NCBI GenBank assembly: GCA_032718475.1
Contig: JAUCBJ010003066.1
Span: 1-64,000 of the forward strand
Reading direction: 5' to 3'
DNA length: 64,000 bases
Source: Nemertoderma westbladi
Taxonomy: Eukaryota > Animalia > Xenacoelomorpha
The position numbers and the translations under genes were made by a program. Positions 62,976-64,000 of the stretch are shown piece after piece (position 1 is the stretch's first letter; every line of letters begins with the position of its first letter). The notes beneath the pieces are model-generated. The model searched no databases. It was not told where the DNA came from and saw only the letters and a list, made by a program, of their open reading frames with translations.

Positions 62976-64000
62976 ATCATCCTTGGGAGTTAGTGCGGTA
63001 CTCTCCATCATCCGTGGGAGTTAGTGCGGTACTCTCCTTCACCCTTGGGAGTTAGTGCGGTACTCTCCTTTACCCTTGGGAGTTAGTGCGGTACTCTCCT
63101 TTACCCTTGGGAGTTAGTGCGGTACTCTCCATCACCCTTGGGAGTTAGTGCGGTACTCTCCTTTACCCTTGGGAGTTAGTGCGGTACTCTCCTTCACTCT
63201 TGGGAGTTAGTGCGGTACTCTCCTTCACCCTTGGGAGTTAGTGCGGTACTCTCCTTCACCCTTGGGAGTTAGTGCGGTACTCTCCTTCACCCTTGGGAGT
63301 TAGTGCGGTACTCTCCTTCACTCTTGGGAGTTAGTGCGGTACTCTCCTTTACCCTTGGGAGTTAGTGCGGTACTCTCCTTCACCCTTGGGAGTTAGTGCG
63401 GTACTCACCTTCACCCTTGGGAGTTAGTGCGGTACTCTCCTTTACCCTTGGGAGTTAGTGCGGTACTCTCCATCACCCTTGGGAGTTAGTGCGGTACTCT
63501 CCTTTACCCTTGGGAGTTAGTGCGGTACTCTCCTTTACCCTTGGGAGTTAGTGCGGTACTCTCCATCACCCTTGGGAGTTAGTGCGGTACTCTCCTTTAC
63601 CCTTGGGAGTTAGTGCGGTACTCTCCTTTACCCTTGGGAGTTAGTGCGGTACTCTCCATCACCCTTGGGAGTTAGTGCGGTACTCTCCTTTACCCTTGGG
63701 AGTTAGTGCGGTACTCTCCTTCACTCATGGGAGTTAGTGCGGTACTCTCCTTCACCCTTGGGAGTTAGTGCGGTACTCTCCTTCACCCTTGGGAGTTAGT
63801 GTGGTACTCTCCTTCACCCTTGGGAGTTAGTGCGGTACTCTCCTTTACCCTTGGGAGTTAGTGCGGTACTCTCCATCACCCTTGGGAGTTAGTGCGGTAC
63901 TCTCCTTCACCCTTGGGAGTTAGTGCGGTACTCTCCTTTACCCTTGGGAGTTAGTGCGGTACTCTCCATCACCCTTGGGAGTTAGTGCGGTACTCTCCAT
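62976..64000. repeat. 31-bp satellite, at least 33 copies, running off the right edge
   Basis: Unit CCCTTGGGAGTTAGTGCGGTACTCTCCTTCA. It is preceded by a B-box-like GGTTCAAATCCC at about 62907, a possible SINE remnant. Confidence 0.93.

Noticed and set aside
14461-64000. CRISPR-like appearance of the 23-46 bp repeats
   Set aside because: Units are head-to-tail with no unique spacers, there are no cas genes, and the context is eukaryotic with spliced genes.

Overview
Repeat-rich animal (invertebrate-like) nuclear DNA. About 65% of the window (roughly 42 kb) is tandem satellite. Host genes: a complete 5-exon POLR3C/RPC3 on the minus strand (about 513 aa); a head-to-head XPA on the plus strand (4 exons visible, last exon outside the window); and a type II membrane fibrinogen-domain (FReD) gene. 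Mobile elements: a BEL/Pao LTR-retrotransposon gag region, a deleted Merlin transposon, a non-autonomous Polinton/Maverick-like element (AGTAGT termini, 101-bp TIRs, 6-bp TSD, long internal palindrome), a Harbinger-type MITE and an RTE-type LINE fragment. The most striking signal is that several arrays are amplified copies of the genes' own functional junctions. The 20.6-kb POLR3C intron is about 500 copies of its own 3' splice site plus the first exon bases. The 5.5-kb array in XPA intron 3 is about 200 copies of its own AG|GT acceptor junction. The 4.2-kb array after the FReD gene is about 91 copies of the last codons and stop. Both essential genes must therefore pick the last of hundreds of near-identical acceptors. 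All calls were made by eye from the sequence and the ORF track, and copy numbers are span divided by unit length.
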